A stretch of 64,000 nucleotides of DNA from Pseudomonadota bacterium. Its GTDB lineage: Bacteria; Desulfobacterota; Desulfarculia; Adiutricales; JAGVGV01. Location of the stretch: the NCBI GenBank assembly GCA_043806915.1, contig JAZDGM010000102.1, forward strand, positions 4,476-68,475, given 5' to 3'. Numbering within the stretch: the first letter of the stretch is position 1; the number at the start of each line of letters is the position of its first letter. Below are positions 1 through 14,558 of the stretch, piece by piece. Both the position numbers and the translations under genes were made by a program. The notes beneath the pieces are model-generated. The model saw nothing but the letters and a program-made list of their open reading frames with translations, did not search any database and was not told the DNA's origin.

Positions 1-218
1 AGGGCCCGGATGACCTGGTATCCGTCCATCCCGGGCATCATCACGTCCAGGAGAACGAGGTCCGGCGGCGCATCCCCGAAAACGATCTTGAGCGCGTCCG
101 GTCCATTGACCGCGAAACTGATCCTATATTCCGAAGCCAGGACTTCCTTGAGCACCTTGATGTTGGTCGGGACGTCGTCAACCACCAGGACTCTCGGCTT
201 AAGGTTTTCCTCCGACAT
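1..218 (-). CDS. response regulator receiver-domain protein (N-terminal part only; runs off the window start)
   Basis: Reverse-strand ATG at 218 with AGGA upstream. My translation is [69 protein letters not shown].., which carries the CheY-type VVDD...[11 protein letters not shown] signature. Lies directly downstream of the hybrid kinase on the same strand. Absent from the ORF track because it is open-ended. Confidence 0.8.
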   Translation of the reverse strand, partial: MSEENLKPRVLVVDDVPTNIKVLKEVLASEYRISFAVNGPDALKIVFGDAPPDLVLLDVMMPGMDGYQVIRA

Positions 219-371
219 GGCCCTAATCCTTTCCGGACCGGCCGCGGCCGGTTATCCCCGTTAATCCCCGGCTCATCCACGCCTCGGGGCGCCGGCGGCG
301 AAGAGTTTGACAATATGGTCGTTCACGAGGGGCCTGTCGGCCCGCGCCCGCCAAGAGGCCTGTTTCCCGGG

Positions 372-6131
<5,760 letters not shown>

Positions 6132-6395
6132 GGTAGCTCCTTCGTCCCTGCTTATCTCGCCGGGAGGTGGTTCGGTTATGGGCGAGGCCCGACGAACTAA
6201 CTTATATGCAAGGGATAATAAGTGAAATGATGGGCAAAGGCAAGGCCGATCTCCCGTCGCCCCGCCTCTTTCCCGGGCGGCTTCGGGGCGGGAGGGGCGA
6301 CCTGGGCGGAGGTTGGGGGGGAGTCGTTTTTTGCCTTGGCGGTGATGTTTTTTCTTGACTGGCGGGGCCGCGGTTGGTAATGTCTGTATACATAT

Positions 6396-6496
6396 ATACC
6401 AACTGACACGGCCGCAAGCCATGTCGGTCATAACAACCAATGAACATGCCCTTCGGGCATTTTCATACCAACCGACATGACCGCGGGCCATGTCGG
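6396..6496. repeat. hairpin-rich intergenic repeat, family 1 (copy A, inverted relative to copy B at 39213..39382)
   Basis: The reverse complement reads CCGACATGGCCCGCGGTCATGTCGGTTGG-TATGAAAATGCCCGAAGGGCATGTTCATTGGTTGTTATGA-CCGACATGGCTTGCGGCCGTGTCAGTTGG. The 29-nt box differs by one base from 39353..39381. Each box is a stem-loop (CCGACATG..CATGTCGG; ATGCCC-GAAG-GGCAT). Confidence 0.8.
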
Positions 6497-6525
6497 GAAA
6501 CTTCCCGAGGGGAGGCCTGAGTCGC

Positions 6526-7272
6526 ATGGACCCGCCCAAATCCATCCCTTTATACCGGAAAGTCGCGGAAACGGTTAAGCAGCGGATATTGAACAATCAG
6601 TACGCCGCCGGAGGCCTCATCCCGCCGGCCCGGGAGTTGGCGGATGAATTCGAGGTCAGCAATATCACCATCCGCAAGGCCATGGAGGTCCTGACCAGTG
6701 AGGGTTTCCTGGTTCCCCGCCAGGGATGGGGGACCATGGTCGCCGAAAACTCCAGGGACTTGCTGGAAATCAGGTTGACCGGGAATTTCAACGATTGGTT
6801 CGACTCGGCCTCGGGCCGGAGGCCGAAACTTACGGCCGACATTTTGGCTTGCGAAAAAATCAGGCCCCCGGAGCGGGTCCGGGTCCTCCTGGGTCTGCCG
6901 CCCGAGACGGAAGTCTGGCGGATGCTCCGCCTGCGGCGACTGGAAAAAACTCCGGTCTCGTTTTTTCGTAACTATTTTCCGTCCGGGTTGCGCGAGAACA
7001 TCGACCCCCGGGCCGTGGAGGAGCGGAGCTTCATCGAGGTCTTTCAGGAAACCAACAAGATTCGTTTCACTAGGCTGGTTCAGCGCGTGGAGGCGAGCAT
7101 GGCGGACCTGGACTTGGCCGACGTTCTTGGCGTCGAATTCGGAGCGCCCCTTTTTTTTATCGAGAATACCTATTTTGCCGCGGGCCCTCGTCCGGTGGTG
7201 GTCACTCACATGTTCTACCGGGGGGACCGCTATGTTTACAGAGCCGATTTTCCTTTAACATCAAGCGAGTGA
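6526..7272 (+). CDS. GntR/HutC-family transcriptional regulator (wHTH plus UTRA effector domain)
   Basis: ORF 6490..7272; the ATG at 6526 is preceded by GGAGG. N-terminal IPLYRKVAETVKQRILNNQYAAGGLIPPARELADEFEVSNITIRKAMEVLTSEGFL is a GntR HTH. The C-terminal half has UTRA-like features (..FFIENTYFAAGPRPVVVTHMFYRGDRYVY). Confidence 0.85.
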   Translation: MDPPKSIPLYRKVAETVKQRILNNQYAAGGLIPPARELADEFEVSNITIRKAMEVLTSEGFLVPRQGWGTMVAENSRDLLEIRLTGNFNDWFDSASGRRPKLTADILACEKIRPPERVRVLLGLPPETEVWRMLRLRRLEKTPVSFFRNYFPSGLRENIDPRAVEERSFIEVFQETNKIRFTRLVQRVEASMADLDLADVLGVEFGAPLFFIENTYFAAGPRPVVVTHMFYRGDRYVYRADFPLTSSE

Positions 7273-7325
7273 CGAGCGGGGCCCGGCAGCCCCGCGATCG
7301 TCCGCATACTTTCGGAGGCGACCCC

Positions 7326-8594
7326 ATGCCGCTTACAATCAGCCAGAAAATCCTGGCCGCCCACGCCGACGTCGATTCGGTGGAACCCGGTCAATTGATC
7401 GACGCCCGACTCGATTTTGTCTTCAGCAACGATATCACGGCGCCCCTGGCCATCAAGGTGTTCGAGGAGTGCGGGGCCGACCGCCTGTTCGATCCCGAGA
7501 GGGTGGCCTTGATTCCCGACCATTTCGTGCCCAACAAGGACATCAAGTCGGCCATGCAGGTCAAAATACTGCGTGATTTCGCCCGCAAGCATCACTGCCC
7601 CCATTTTTTCGAGGTCGGGCGCATGGGCATCGAGCACGTCATGCTGCCCGAGCTGGGCCTGGTGTTGCCCGGTGATCTGATCATCGGGGCCGACAGTCAC
7701 ACCTGCACTTACGGCGCCTTGGGCGCCTTCGCCACGGGCGTCGGGTCCACGGACCTGGGCGCGGCCATGGCCTCGGGCCGGGTTTGGCTGAAGGTCCCGG
7801 AATCGATCAAGTTCGTCTTCACCGGGGAAATGGGGCCGTGGCTGTCGGGCAAGGACCTGATTCTTTACACCATCGGCCGCATCGGCGTGGACGGCGCCCG
7901 GTACAAGGCCATGGAGTTCACCGGGCCGGTCATCGACGCCCTGCCCCTGAGCGGCCGGTTGACCATGAGCAACATGGCCATCGAAGCCGGGGCCAAGGTC
8001 GGGATCATCGCTCCGGACGAGACCACCCTGGCCTATGTAAAGGAGCGGGCCAGGCGGCCCTTCCAGGTCCAGGTCTCCGATGAAGGCGCCGCGTACGAGG
8101 CGGTCCACGTCTATGACGTCACCGGCATGGAGCCCCAGGCGGCTTGCCCCCATCTGCCGGAAAACGTCAGGCCCGTCAGCGAACTGAGGGACGTGGTCAT
8201 CGATCAGGCGGTCATCGGGTCCTGCACCAACGGCCGGATCGAGGACTTGAGGACGGCCGCCGAGATTCTGAAGGGGCGAAAAGTCGCTCCCGGGGTCCGC
8301 TGCATCATCATTCCCGGTTCCCAGGCCGTGTATAGGCAGGCCCTGGCCGAGGGATTGTTCGAAATTTTCACCGAGGCCGAGGCCGCCATCTCGACTCCGA
8401 CCTGCGGCCCCTGTCTCGGCGGTTACATGGGCATCCTGGCCGAGGGCGAACGAGCCATTTCCACCACCAACCGCAACTTTGTCGGCCGGATGGGCCATGT
8501 CAAGAGCGAGGTCTTTCTTTCGTCGCCCGCGGTCGCCGCGGCCAGCGCCGTGACCGGCGTCATCACCCATCCGCGGGATGTCGTCGGAAAGTGA
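7326..8594 (+). CDS. leuC: aconitase-family dehydratase large subunit, type-2 LeuC/HacA-like (3-isopropylmalate/homoaconitate dehydratase family)
   Basis: ORF 7269..8594; ATG 7326 follows GGAGG. MPLTISQKILAAHA.., GADSHTCTYGALGAF, IGSCTNGRIEDL and TPTCGPCLGG provide the Fe-S ligand cysteines typical of LeuC. Whether it is the housekeeping leuC or a paralogue is unresolved. Confidence 0.8.
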   Translation: MPLTISQKILAAHADVDSVEPGQLIDARLDFVFSNDITAPLAIKVFEECGADRLFDPERVALIPDHFVPNKDIKSAMQVKILRDFARKHHCPHFFEVGRMGIEHVMLPELGLVLPGDLIIGADSHTCTYGALGAFATGVGSTDLGAAMASGRVWLKVPESIKFVFTGEMGPWLSGKDLILYTIGRIGVDGARYKAMEFTGPVIDALPLSGRLTMSNMAIEAGAKVGIIAPDETTLAYVKERARRPFQVQVSDEGAAYEAVHVYDVTGMEPQAACPHLPENVRPVSELRDVVIDQAVIGSCTNGRIEDLRTAAEILKGRKVAPGVRCIIIPGSQAVYRQALAEGLFEIFTEAEAAISTPTCGPCLGGYMGILAEGERAISTTNRNFVGRMGHVKSEVFLSSPAVAAASAVTGVITHPRDVVGK

Positions 8595-8602
8595 GGAATA
8601 TC

Positions 8603-9103
8603 ATGACCATAACCGGAAAAATCTGGAAATTCGGAAACGACGTGGATACCGACGCCATCATCCCCGCTCGGTATCTCAATACGTCCGACGTCGATGAACT
8701 GGCCGCTCACTGCATGGAGGACGCGGACCCCGACTTTACCAAAAAAATCTCGGCCGGCGACATTATCGTGGCCGGGAAGAATTTCGGCTGCGGATCGTCT
8801 CGCGAGCACGCCCCCATCGCCATCAAGGGCGCCCGCATCGGCGCCGTCATCGCCGAGTCCTTCGCCCGTATTTTTTACCGGAACGCTTTCAACACGGGGC
8901 TTCTGATCCTGGAATGCCCGGAAGCGTCCGCCGATATTTCGGAAGGCGACGAGGTGTCCATAGACCTGAAAACCGGGACCATTACCAATCATACCAAAAC
9001 AAAAACCTACCAGGCCCAATCGACTCCTCCCTTCATGATGGAGTTGCTGGAAGCGGGGGGGCTGGTCCCCTATGTCCGCCGGCGGTTGGTCCAAGTCGGT
9101 TGA
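8603..9103 (+). CDS. leuD: aconitase-family dehydratase small subunit, LeuD/HacB-like
   Basis: ATG 8603 follows [59 protein letters not shown] is the LeuD swivel-domain signature. Tightly spaced after the large subunit. Confidence 0.85.
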   Translation: MTITGKIWKFGNDVDTDAIIPARYLNTSDVDELAAHCMEDADPDFTKKISAGDIIVAGKNFGCGSSREHAPIAIKGARIGAVIAESFARIFYRNAFNTGLLILECPEASADISEGDEVSIDLKTGTITNHTKTKTYQAQSTPPFMMELLEAGGLVPYVRRRLVQVG

Positions 9104-9132
9104 CGGCCCGAGCGGCCAAGGAGGCTCTACTC

Positions 9133-10206
9133 ATGACGGAAAAAAAAATATATAGGATAGCGGTGCTGCCCGGCGACGGGACCGGCCCGGAAGTGATCCG
9201 GGAGGGCGTGAAAGCCCTCGCGGCCGCGGCCGACCGGGAAAACCTGGCCTTTGAACTCGACTACTTCGACCTCGGCGGCGAGCGGTACCTGAAAACCGGC
9301 GACATTCTGCCGGATGATGAATTTCAAAAATTGAAAACCTATTCGGCCATACTGCTGGGGGCTATCGGTCACCCGGACGTCAAACCCGGGATTCTGGAAA
9401 AGGGACTGCTCCTGGAACTTAGGTTCAAGCTGGACCAATACATCAACCTCCGGCCGGTGACCCTCTTCGAGGGGGCGGAAACCCCGTTGAAAAACAAGGG
9501 TCCCCGGGATATCGACTTCGTGGTGATCCGGGAGAACACCGAGGGCTTGTACACCGGGAGCGGCGGGTTCCTGAAAAAGGGGACCCCCCAGGAAGTCGCG
9601 ATTCAGGAATCCATCAACACCCGCTTCGGCGTGGAACGCTGCCTGCGCTACGCCTTCGATTATTGCCGCAACCGGAATAGAAGGAAAAAACTGACCCTGT
9701 GCGGCAAGACCAATGTCCTGACCTTCGCCTTCGACCTCTGGGAAAGGACCTTCCGCGAAGTGGCCCAGGAATATCCCGACGTGGAAACCGACTACGGTCA
9801 CGTGGACGCGGTCAGCATGTGGATGATCAAGAACCCGGAATGGTTCGACGTTATTGTCACGGACAACATGTTCGGGGACATCATCACGGATATCGGGGCC
9901 ATTATCCAGGGGGGGCTCGGGATCGCGGCCGGCGGCAATATCAACCCCCGGGGAGTGTCCATGTTCGAACCGATCGGCGGCTCGGCGCCCAAATACACGG
10001 GGTTGAACGTCATCAATCCCCTGGCCTGCATCGGGGCCGTGCAGATGATGTTGGAACATCTCGGCGAAAAAGCCGCGGCGGCCAGGGTGGAAGCGGCCAT
10101 TCGCAAGGTGGTGGCCCGGGACGTCACAAGCCTGGCCTCCGGGAAAATGGGATATACCACGCAACAGGTCGGCGATCTGGTGGCCGGGCATATCGCCTCG
10201 TCCTGA
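9133..10206 (+). CDS. isocitrate/isopropylmalate dehydrogenase-family oxidative decarboxylase (LeuB / tartrate-D-malate dehydrogenase-like)
   Basis: ATG 9133 follows AGGAGG. YRIAVLPGDGTGPEVIREG.., LDQYINLRPV, VVIRENTEGLYTG and NMFGDIITDIGA are family motifs. The N-terminal and loop regions look closer to TtuC/D-malate dehydrogenase than to classical LeuB (by eye). Confidence 0.8.
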   Translation: MTEKKIYRIAVLPGDGTGPEVIREGVKALAAAADRENLAFELDYFDLGGERYLKTGDILPDDEFQKLKTYSAILLGAIGHPDVKPGILEKGLLLELRFKLDQYINLRPVTLFEGAETPLKNKGPRDIDFVVIRENTEGLYTGSGGFLKKGTPQEVAIQESINTRFGVERCLRYAFDYCRNRNRRKKLTLCGKTNVLTFAFDLWERTFREVAQEYPDVETDYGHVDAVSMWMIKNPEWFDVIVTDNMFGDIITDIGAIIQGGLGIAAGGNINPRGVSMFEPIGGSAPKYTGLNVINPLACIGAVQMMLEHLGEKAAAARVEAAIRKVVARDVTSLASGKMGYTTQQVGDLVAGHIASS

Positions 10207-10264
10207 TTTTTTGAATGAACGGCCGTCCGGGGTCGTTCCCGGACGGCCCGAGGAAAGGCCCTTC

Positions 10265-11209
10265 ATGCCGGACCCTAAAAAAGTCTTCATCAGGGAAGTC
10301 GCCCCGCGCGACGGGTTTCAGTCCTGGCCGGATTTCGTGCCGACCGAAAAAAAGATCGAGGTCATCACGGCGATCATGGCGGCCGGGGTCGCGGAAATGG
10401 AAACCACGTCCTTTGTCAGCCCCAAGGCGATCCCCCAAATGAGGGACGCCGCGGAGGTCATGCGGGCGGTCCCCCGGTCGGGCTGCCGGCACGAGGCCCT
10501 CGTTCCCAACCTCCAGGGCGCCCGGATGGCCCTGGAAGCCGGGGCCCAAGGCCTGGTGGTGGTGATATCGGCCGGCGAGGCCCATAATCTGGCCAATATC
10601 CGCCGCACCATCGCCCAGTCTTTGGAAGACCTCCGGGCGATTTTCGATCTGGCCGCGGGCGGGAAAATTCCCGTGATCGGGGCCCTGGCCGTCTCCTTCG
10701 GCTGCCCCTTTCAGGGCGACATCTCCGAGGACGAGGTGTTCCGACTGGCCGACGCCTTCGCCGAGGGCGGCGCCGCCAGCGTCATCCTGGCGGACACCAC
10801 CGGCATGGCCACCCCGCCCCGGGTTGAAACGCTGGTGCGCCGCTTCATGGAACGCTTCCCCGGCCTGCCGTATTCCCTTCATTTCCACAATAACCGGGGC
10901 ACGGCCATGACCAATCTATACGCCGGGCTCAGGGCCGGCGCCGAGACCTTCGACGCCGCCCTGGGAGGCGTCGGCGGCTGCCCCAACGTCCCCCAGGCCG
11001 CCGGAAACCTCCCGACCGAGGACGTGGTCTATCTGCTGGAGGAACTGGGATACGACTCCGGCGTCGATCTTTTGAAAATTATCGAGGCCGCCCGGTTGTT
11101 GGAAAAAATCCTGGGGCGAACCCTACCCGGCCAGGTGATGAAAAGCGGCCCCAGAAATCCCGGGGCCGTCGCGCGGATTTGCGGAACAAACCATACCGCC
11201 CGCGACTGA
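10265..11209 (+). CDS. HMG-CoA lyase-like DRE-TIM metallolyase
   Basis: ATG 10265. EVAPRDGFQSW..ETTSFVSPKAIPQM..HFHNNRGTAMTNLYAGLRAGAETFDAALGGVGGCPNVPQAAGNLPTEDVVYLLEELG matches the HMGL/citramalyl-CoA-lyase type. There is no LeuA-type C-terminal regulatory domain. Confidence 0.8.
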   Translation: MPDPKKVFIREVAPRDGFQSWPDFVPTEKKIEVITAIMAAGVAEMETTSFVSPKAIPQMRDAAEVMRAVPRSGCRHEALVPNLQGARMALEAGAQGLVVVISAGEAHNLANIRRTIAQSLEDLRAIFDLAAGGKIPVIGALAVSFGCPFQGDISEDEVFRLADAFAEGGAASVILADTTGMATPPRVETLVRRFMERFPGLPYSLHFHNNRGTAMTNLYAGLRAGAETFDAALGGVGGCPNVPQAAGNLPTEDVVYLLEELGYDSGVDLLKIIEAARLLEKILGRTLPGQVMKSGPRNPGAVARICGTNHTARD

Positions 11210-11395
11210 CTGGCGGGGTCGGCCAGGGCCAGGGTGTTTTTGCAAAATTAATTGAAAATTAAGTAGTTGGCGCCAATACGGCCAATGGCGAAACACGGAT
11301 ATTCGGCCTTCAAAAGCCTGGCGGTTGGTCATATAAGGCTTGGCCGAAAATGACCTGAAGCAAGGACGGCAAAAATTTGCCCGCGGACATACTGA

Positions 11396-11455
11396 AGTAT
11401 TTCGATGAGTTAAAAATGAGTTTGACGACGAGTTGGGTCCAGGACCGAAGTTCTG
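11396..11455. repeat. conserved ~60-nt intergenic element, family 2 (copy A; partner at 55005..55062)
   Basis: AGTATTTCGATGAGTTAAAAATGAGTTTGACGACGAGTTGGGTCCAGGACCGAAGTTCT versus AGTATTTCGAGGAGTTAAAATTGAGCTGACGATGAGTTGGGGCAAGGACCGAAGTTTT. Same orientation, a handful of mismatches and one 1-nt indel. Both copies lie in AT-rich non-coding DNA. Confidence 0.75.
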
Positions 11456-11511
11456 CAATTGGCTAAATAGTCATAATTTTTTAAAAATATACTTAAACTG
11501 ATAAAAATTGC

Positions 11512-11544
11512 TTGACAAAAATAATGAGATTTGTCAATTTTTTT
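11512..11544 (+). terminator. AT-rich palindrome TTGACAAA-N10-TTTGTCAA followed by a T-run (terminator-like hairpin or operator)
   Basis: Perfect 8-bp inverted repeat at 11512..11519 and 11530..11537, followed by TTTTTTT. Lies in the 0.5-kb convergent spacer between the lyase-like gene and the CgeB-like gene. Confidence 0.4.
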
Positions 11545-11722
11545 ATCAAAGGCTTCTTGGGTGCGCGTGCCCGGTCTGAACGGCTAATCCCGCAATCAAT
11601 TTTGTTGGTCGGGTTTTGCGCCGCCAGTTCTTCACGGCGCCAGAGGAGGCCTTTTTTTTCGGTCGCTTCACCCAGCGAAAAACAGGACTACTTGGGCTTG
11701 ACGGCTCGCTGTTGGGTCCGCG

Positions 11723-13309
11723 TTAGCTTTTATTCTCGACAAAATCCAGCAGGACCTTCAGGCGATGCTGGTAAGTGTGTTCGGCCAGCACTCTTTTTCG
11801 GGCCGCCCGCCCCATTTCTTCCCGCAGTTCCGGTCGTTGCAGAAAAAAGGCGATTTTGTCCCTAAGTTCGGCGACGTTTTCGAAGGTGGACAATTCCTTT
11901 TCCGGCTCGAAGAATTGTTGCAGCGGGTGGCGTCGATCGACCAACTGGAAGGCCCCGCAGGCGGCGATTTCAAAAGTCCTGGGATTGATGAAGCCTCCCG
12001 CCGCGTCCAGTCCCGCGGTGAAAATGGAGGAGTGCAGGTTGAGGTTGATCCTTCCGGCGTTATAGATCAGCACGGTTTCCGCGGTTGAAACCCGGGCCCC
12101 GTTTTTCTGGACCCGGCGGCCGAGGTCTGATTCCAGGTCCCACTCCGTCCCCCAGATTTTAAAATCGAAATCGAGAAGTTCGGGAAAGACGGCCCTCCGG
12201 TTAGGGTACCCGGCGCCCATGAAGGAGAGGTCGGCGCGAAAGGGGGCCAGGAGTCTCTGGTCCGCGATGGGTTGAAAGACCTCGGGATCGGCCGCCAGGG
12301 GGAGGTTGAGAAAATTCTTCACGCCCAATTTTTTCAACTCCGCTTCCATTTCCGCGCCCTGGATATGAAAAAAGTAATCGTAGCCCCCGGCGAATTCGCG
12401 GTAATAGGTCAGGAATCGTCCGTCCTCGACAAACCAGAAGGCGCTGGGACACCCGAGGTTCCTGATTCTGGCCAGGGTGTGCGGGTCCAGGGGGGCCTGG
12501 GCCAGGGCCAGGACTAGGTCCGGTTTCTCCGTTTCGACCAAGAGGGTGAGATAATCGCTAATAAAATGGATCAATCGTTTAAAAGCGTCATTTTTTTTAT
12601 CCGTCGACGCCTCGAGACGGCGCAGGGTTTGATAAAAAGGGTCCAAGGCGGCGAGGTCCAGGTCGATCACGTGGTGTCCCATGAGATTGAGGGCCCTGAC
12701 CGTATGGCGGGCCACCGGCAGTGACCCTCCAAAAAACGGCCCCACCACAAGTATTTTCCTGGCTGAATCCGTTTTGAGGCGAGGGACGCTTCGTTCCTGG
12801 AGGAAGAGGTTTATTTTGGAGCAGAACCCCGGTTCCAGCCTTTCCGCGGGGCGATGAACGAGCAGGGTCGGGCCGATCGGGATGAGGGGGAAGTCATCCT
12901 GGTCGGTTATAAAAAAAACCCGGCATAGGATGTCTTGCCACTCGCCAAGGGAAAGGGCCAGTTTCAAGACCGCGAGACTGGGTTCCACCACGTGGATATT
13001 CCTGAATTTAGCGGCCAGGGCCCTGATGTGGTATCCGAGGCCGAGCCCGAAAACGACCACGTCTTGGTCTATTTCCCGGGCCTTTTCCACGGCCCGGGAG
13101 GCCGCGAACTTCTCGGCCTCGCCGAGGGGGTCATGGCGGGAATGCAGGCTGAGACCCTTTCTGACCAAGACCGGCCGGCCGGTTTTGGAAAGGACTAACT
13201 CCAGATCGGGCGCCGGAGGCGTGTTCTTCAGCTTTTCGACCAAGGCCGGATTCCGCTCGGCCAGTATTTTCAAATTAGCATCGAGCCGAATATCGGCTTC
13301 ATTTTTCAT
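11723..13309 (-). CDS. Maf-N-terminal-like module fused to a CgeB-like (DUF3880/Glyco_trans_1_2-type) glycosyltransferase
   Basis: N-terminus: ..SKTGRPVLVRKGLSLHSRHDPLGEAEKFAA..VVVFGLGLGYHIRAL, the pattern found in motility-accessory-factor flagellin glycosylation proteins. C-terminus: LSFMGAGYPNRR..LNLHSS..NPRTFEIAACGAFQLVD..FENVAELRDKIAFFL..R..MGRAARKRVLAEHTYQHR, as in CgeB-family GTs. Overlaps the upstream gene by 11 nt. Confidence 0.75.
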   Translation of the reverse strand: MKNEADIRLDANLKILAERNPALVEKLKNTPPAPDLELVLSKTGRPVLVRKGLSLHSRHDPLGEAEKFAASRAVEKAREIDQDVVVFGLGLGYHIRALAAKFRNIHVVEPSLAVLKLALSLGEWQDILCRVFFITDQDDFPLIPIGPTLLVHRPAERLEPGFCSKINLFLQERSVPRLKTDSARKILVVGPFFGGSLPVARHTVRALNLMGHHVIDLDLAALDPFYQTLRRLEASTDKKNDAFKRLIHFISDYLTLLVETEKPDLVLALAQAPLDPHTLARIRNLGCPSAFWFVEDGRFLTYYREFAGGYDYFFHIQGAEMEAELKKLGVKNFLNLPLAADPEVFQPIADQRLLAPFRADLSFMGAGYPNRRAVFPELLDFDFKIWGTEWDLESDLGRRVQKNGARVSTAETVLIYNAGRINLNLHSSIFTAGLDAAGGFINPRTFEIAACGAFQLVDRRHPLQQFFEPEKELSTFENVAELRDKIAFFLQRPELREEMGRAARKRVLAEHTYQHRLKVLLDFVENKS

Positions 13310-14558
13310 CGGGGTTTTCCTTTTTCAAAAACCGGTCGGCGATGGCGCCGTAGTAGCTTGGCGCGAGACGCAGGGCGGGCCGGAGGGGGAACGCCTGGAC
13401 GTCCCCGCCGGGCGCCAGGGTCTTGATTCTCATGACCGCCAGTCCCGGCGCCTGCCCCACGATTAAAAACAGCCTGGGGTCGTCCCAATGGTCGTCTAAA
13501 ACCTTTCCGGCCAAGGCGGCCTGGAAAAGGTCCGGGGCCGCTTCCACCACCACGACCCGCCCGGTGCGACCCGGGTGTTCCAGCAGGGCCTGGACGTGAT
13601 AGCCCAAGCCCAGGCCCAGGACCAGGACGTCCTTGTCCCGGGGAATGTCCGCCGCCCAGGCCCGGGCTTCCTCTCGCGGGTCCCGGGAACTGTGCAGGGT
13701 GACCAGCCGGCCTTCTTTATTGACTCGAAGCGTCGGAAACCCGGCGGCCGAGGGAAATATCCCCCAATTTTTTCCTTTCCCCGCGACCGGGGACGCCGGT
13801 TCGCGGCGTCTCCCCGGCCCGGGCCGGGAGCGGCCGGCGGCGTCTAGGACCCGGAGGACCGCTGCCCGGACGTCCGCGACTTTAATTTCCTTCATGCAAC
13901 GCAGGGAGCCGTCCTCGCACTTGCCGGTGTAACTTGGGATCGGTCGCCTGGCCTGGCAGCCCAGGCAGGGGACGTCGGCCGTTACCGGCTCGAAAAGGCC
14001 GTCGAACGGTTTTCTCCATTCCGGCCGGATGCACCCGAAAAGGGCCACGACCGGCTTGCGGCGGGCGGCGGCCAGGTGCATCAGGCCGGAGTCCAAGCCT
14101 ACAAAGACATCCAGGCGATTTATGACCGCCGCTAAGTCCCGGAGCGAAAGTCGATCGATCAGGTTATGCAGGTTCGGCCAGGGAGACGGGGCGAAATCCG
14201 GGGTCTTGCCTAAAACCAGGATATTGGCCCCCTTTTCGACGGCCAGTTCCCGGGCTAGGCGGTCCCAGTTGTACCAGTCCCAGGTCCTTTCCGGCCAGGT
14301 CGCTCCAGGGTGCAGACCGATGACCGGGCCGGGGCCGAGGTTGAGTTCCGCCAGGATGCGGCCGCCTCGGGCCTCTTCGTCGGGAGTCAACCAAAGCGCC
14401 GGAGTGAGCTGCCTTGGGGGCAGGCCGGCCGATTCCAGGTACCCGTCCAGGATGTGCCGGTCGGGTCGGAATTCGTAGAACAATCGGATTTTTCGGTCGT
14501 GGAGGTATTCCGGCGGCAGGTCGTTGACGCCGGTCAAATCGGGATGACCCGCCAGCAA
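13299..14558 (-). CDS. glycosyltransferase family 9 (heptosyltransferase-like) core plus C-terminal Maf-N-like module; it lacks its own N-terminus (downstream half of a frameshifted gene)
   Basis: GT9 motifs: GLHPGATWPERTW..ILVLG..LRDLAAVINRLDVFVGLDSGLMHLAAARRKPVVALFG. The tail VTLHSSRDPREEARAWA..VLVLGLGLGYHVQAL is paralogous to the N-terminus of the next gene. It only starts at a TTG, immediately after the G8 tract. Confidence 0.7.
   Translation of the reverse strand: MLAGHPDLTGVNDLPPEYLHDRKIRLFYEFRPDRHILDGYLESAGLPPRQLTPALWLTPDEEARGGRILAELNLGPGPVIGLHPGATWPERTWDWYNWDRLARELAVEKGANILVLGKTPDFAPSPWPNLHNLIDRLSLRDLAAVINRLDVFVGLDSGLMHLAAARRKPVVALFGCIRPEWRKPFDGLFEPVTADVPCLGCQARRPIPSYTGKCEDGSLRCMKEIKVADVRAAVLRVLDAAGRSRPGPGRRREPASPVAGKGKNWGIFPSAAGFPTLRVNKEGRLVTLHSSRDPREEARAWAADIPRDKDVLVLGLGLGYHVQALLEHPGRTGRVVVVEAAPDLFQAALAGKVLDDHWDDPRLFLIVGQAPGLAVMRIKTLAPGGDVQAFPLRPALRLAPSYYGAIADRFLKKENPDEK

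Noticed and set aside
6132-6596. The N-terminal 155 codons of the track ORF 372..6596.
   Set aside because: The extension crosses repeat family 1 and overlaps the gntR-like start. Its translation (..KKKHHRQGKKRLPPNLRPGRPSRP..) looks non-coding. A GTG with AAGGAG lies at 6131, directly before the first TM helix.
8914-9132. Upstream extensions of several track ORFs: 8914..9132 for the dehydrogenase, 7269..7325 for LeuC, 10211..10264 for the lyase, 21657..21896 for yajD, 48213..48650 for hom, 49922..49963 for the ApgM-like gene, 50992..51168 for the thioesterase and 56059..56121 for the PKD protein.
   Set aside because: In each case an internal ATG with a good SD coincides with the conserved N-terminus of the family. 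The extension overlaps the preceding gene or has non-coding-like composition.
7236-10290. Long minus-strand ORFs 7236..8570 and 9127..10290 (and 10124..10888) opposite the LeuC-like, dehydrogenase and lyase genes.
   Set aside because: They are shadow ORFs with G/D/R/P-rich composition and no recognisable domains, while the plus-strand genes carry strong family motifs.
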